Source: a virus
IMG/VR virus record: IMGVR_UViG_3300050128_000053
Coordinates: 24,866 to 88,865 of that record
Direction: 5' to 3' (one strand)
DNA: 64,000 bases
This document shows, piece after piece, positions 62,643-64,000 of this stretch. The number at the start of each line of letters is the position of its first letter. Position 1 is the stretch's first letter. Position numbers and translations under genes: made by a program. The notes beneath the pieces were generated by a model. That model did no database searches. It was not told the DNA's origin and saw only the letters and a list, made by a program, of their open reading frames with translations.

Positions 62643-63183
62643 TTGGCATCACCTCCTTCCGATTCCTCTCGACAGTGCGAACTCGGTGGCAGTTTGCACA
62701 AACCACATCGCACTTCATGATCTCTTCCAACAATGCAACCCAACCAAATGAGGCACCTGATCGGATGTCAGCAACCTTCAGCGTACCGGGCAAGTGGTCA
62801 AAGTCCAAAGCGGCCCAGTGCTCGTTGTATCCACAGTCGGCACAGCCCTTTTCTATTTTGTAGGCCCGAACCCAGGCTTTGCGCTGGGCTCCTGATTTCC
62901 CAGGAGTAGATGAAGCTCGACCCTGGACATGCGGCGTGCCATATTTGCGATTCAACTTGTAATGTCGTGAACAGAAGCCGCCTCTGGCTTCTCGCAATGG
63001 GCACTCTTCTACACCACATTTACGGTCACCAGGCTCCGCTACAACGGGCCGCTGTCGATCAGCTACGCACTCTTTGCACCAACTGGCATAACGGTTGGTC
63101 TTGTTGATCCAGGCGAAATCGTTCAACATTTTCAGCTCGCCACACTTGGTGCACTTCTTGCGCACTTTCACGATGATGGTCAT
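62629..63183 (-). CDS. Free-standing HNH endonuclease with zinc fingers
   Basis: CTKC..CKEC, C...C...CSRHY, CADCG...ALDFDH...KCDVVCANCHRVRT. Confidence 0.88.
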   Translation of the reverse strand: MTIIVKVRKKCTKCGELKMLNDFAWINKTNRYASWCKECVADRQRPVVAEPGDRKCGVEECPLREARGGFCSRHYKLNRKYGTPHVQGRASSTPGKSGAQRKAWVRAYKIEKGCADCGYNEHWAALDFDHLPGTLKVADIRSGASFGWVALLEEIMKCDVVCANCHRVRTVERNRKEVMPSGRK

Positions 63184-63533
63184 TCTTCAGTCCATTTATG
63201 CTTGCCGATTACACGGGCGCTCGTCGTTCGATAAGAGTGTTGTGCTGGATTGTCTCCAGAGACAAACGCCCTGTTGTAAAGGGCGTACTCCTGGTCTCTC
63301 TTCACCGGGCCAAGAGGTTGAACAGCATAATCGTGCTTACCGAACTGCTCAATGTGCGCTGGGTCTACATCAGGATGGCTGATATAGACGTGCTTCGGGT
63401 TATAGGTGCCAGGGTTATCAGGCCAACGATCCTTAATCCCTAACTCCGCTGCTGACTTAACGATGTCGCCAGGCCTCAGTTTTGCGTCGGTCGTATGGAT
63501 GAACTGTTGACCCAGGTGATCGCCGGCCGTCAC
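63180..63533 (-). CDS. Arr-like (rifampin ADP-ribosyltransferase fold) ADP-ribosyltransferase
   Basis: FIHTT.A.LRPGD, HVY, YAVQPLGP..RD and NP..HSYRT...RVIG parallel Arr motifs. Confidence 0.65.
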   Translation of the reverse strand: MTAGDHLGQQFIHTTDAKLRPGDIVKSAAELGIKDRWPDNPGTYNPKHVYISHPDVDPAHIEQFGKHDYAVQPLGPVKRDQEYALYNRAFVSGDNPAQHSYRTTSARVIGKHKWTEE

Positions 63534-63916
63534 AACTCACCACGCCTGCGCTGATGGCCCTCCACGAAGGCCTTTCCATCTTCGCTCAACGCTTCAGAGT
63601 GCTGCAGCGGTTTGCCGTACCGGGCCTGAGCGTGCTGATCTGCAAAATCAAACATGGCTGACGCCACGCCTTTTCGACGGTGTGGCGGCTTTACGAAGGC
63701 CTTGTAAACGGTTGGTTGATCGGGACTTCGGGCGGCGCCAATGTTGGTGTCGAAATAGCTGAGACTGGCGACAGGCGCTTTACTCAACTCACCACCGGGC
63801 TTCACCACGTGAGCGTGAATCAGGTTCCAACCTTCAGGTGGTTTGCGGATTTGGTACTGCTTACCGGTCGGTGCCGTGTAGAACTGCTCATTGGAGAGGT
63901 GGTCGGAAGCAGTCAT
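63530..63916 (-). CDS. GNAT-family acetyltransferase-like protein
   Basis: AFVKPPHRRKGVASAMF...HSEALSEDGKAF. Confidence 0.78.
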   Translation of the reverse strand: MTASDHLSNEQFYTAPTGKQYQIRKPPEGWNLIHAHVVKPGGELSKAPVASLSYFDTNIGAARSPDQPTVYKAFVKPPHRRKGVASAMFDFADQHAQARYGKPLQHSEALSEDGKAFVEGHQRRRGEL

Positions 63917-64000
63917 GTGTACATCCGCCGTTGAGATTTTCGCGCTAACGAGACACGGTCAGGGCTCACATCGTGCGGTGTGTAATGGAATCCCCATTCA

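Noticed and set aside
1-64000. tRNA, rRNA, integrase or transposase genes
   Set aside because: None recognised by eye; tRNAscan-SE/ARAGORN would be needed to exclude tRNAs.

Overview
A 64 kb segment of a large, GC-rich tailed dsDNA phage with a contractile tail. The host is probably actinobacterial, inferred from the SSB, an Rpf-like lysozyme and leaderless promoters. The left part (minus strand) is the virion module: tape measure start, tail chaperone, tube, sheath, neck/adaptor genes, major capsid, scaffold, portal, an HNH nuclease, a GH25 lysin and four glycosyltransferases. The centre holds a gene-poor, repeat-rich strand switch (about 26.3-28.2 kb), many small early-type genes, DNA methyltransferases, a DUF932-like gene and SSB. 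The right part holds a second glycan-modification cluster, the large terminase, an Rpf-like enzyme, membrane proteins and small effector-like genes. The window is heavily invaded by mobile elements: an ORF-less group I intron in the major capsid gene, three inteins in the portal, an HNH intein in a 93-aa zinc-ribbon protein, two free-standing HNH genes and an EndoVII remnant. The most unusual signal is three 5-6 nt micro-insertions that break otherwise intact, conserved genes (two in the portal, one at about 62.45 kb), each next to a homing-endonuclease-type element. This suggests a micro-bypass or micro-intron recoding system, but assembly error is not excluded. A shared N-terminal L-x(2-3)-Q-F peptide on unrelated small proteins is a second candidate system. 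All product calls come from motif recognition and my recollection of the families; no database search was run.
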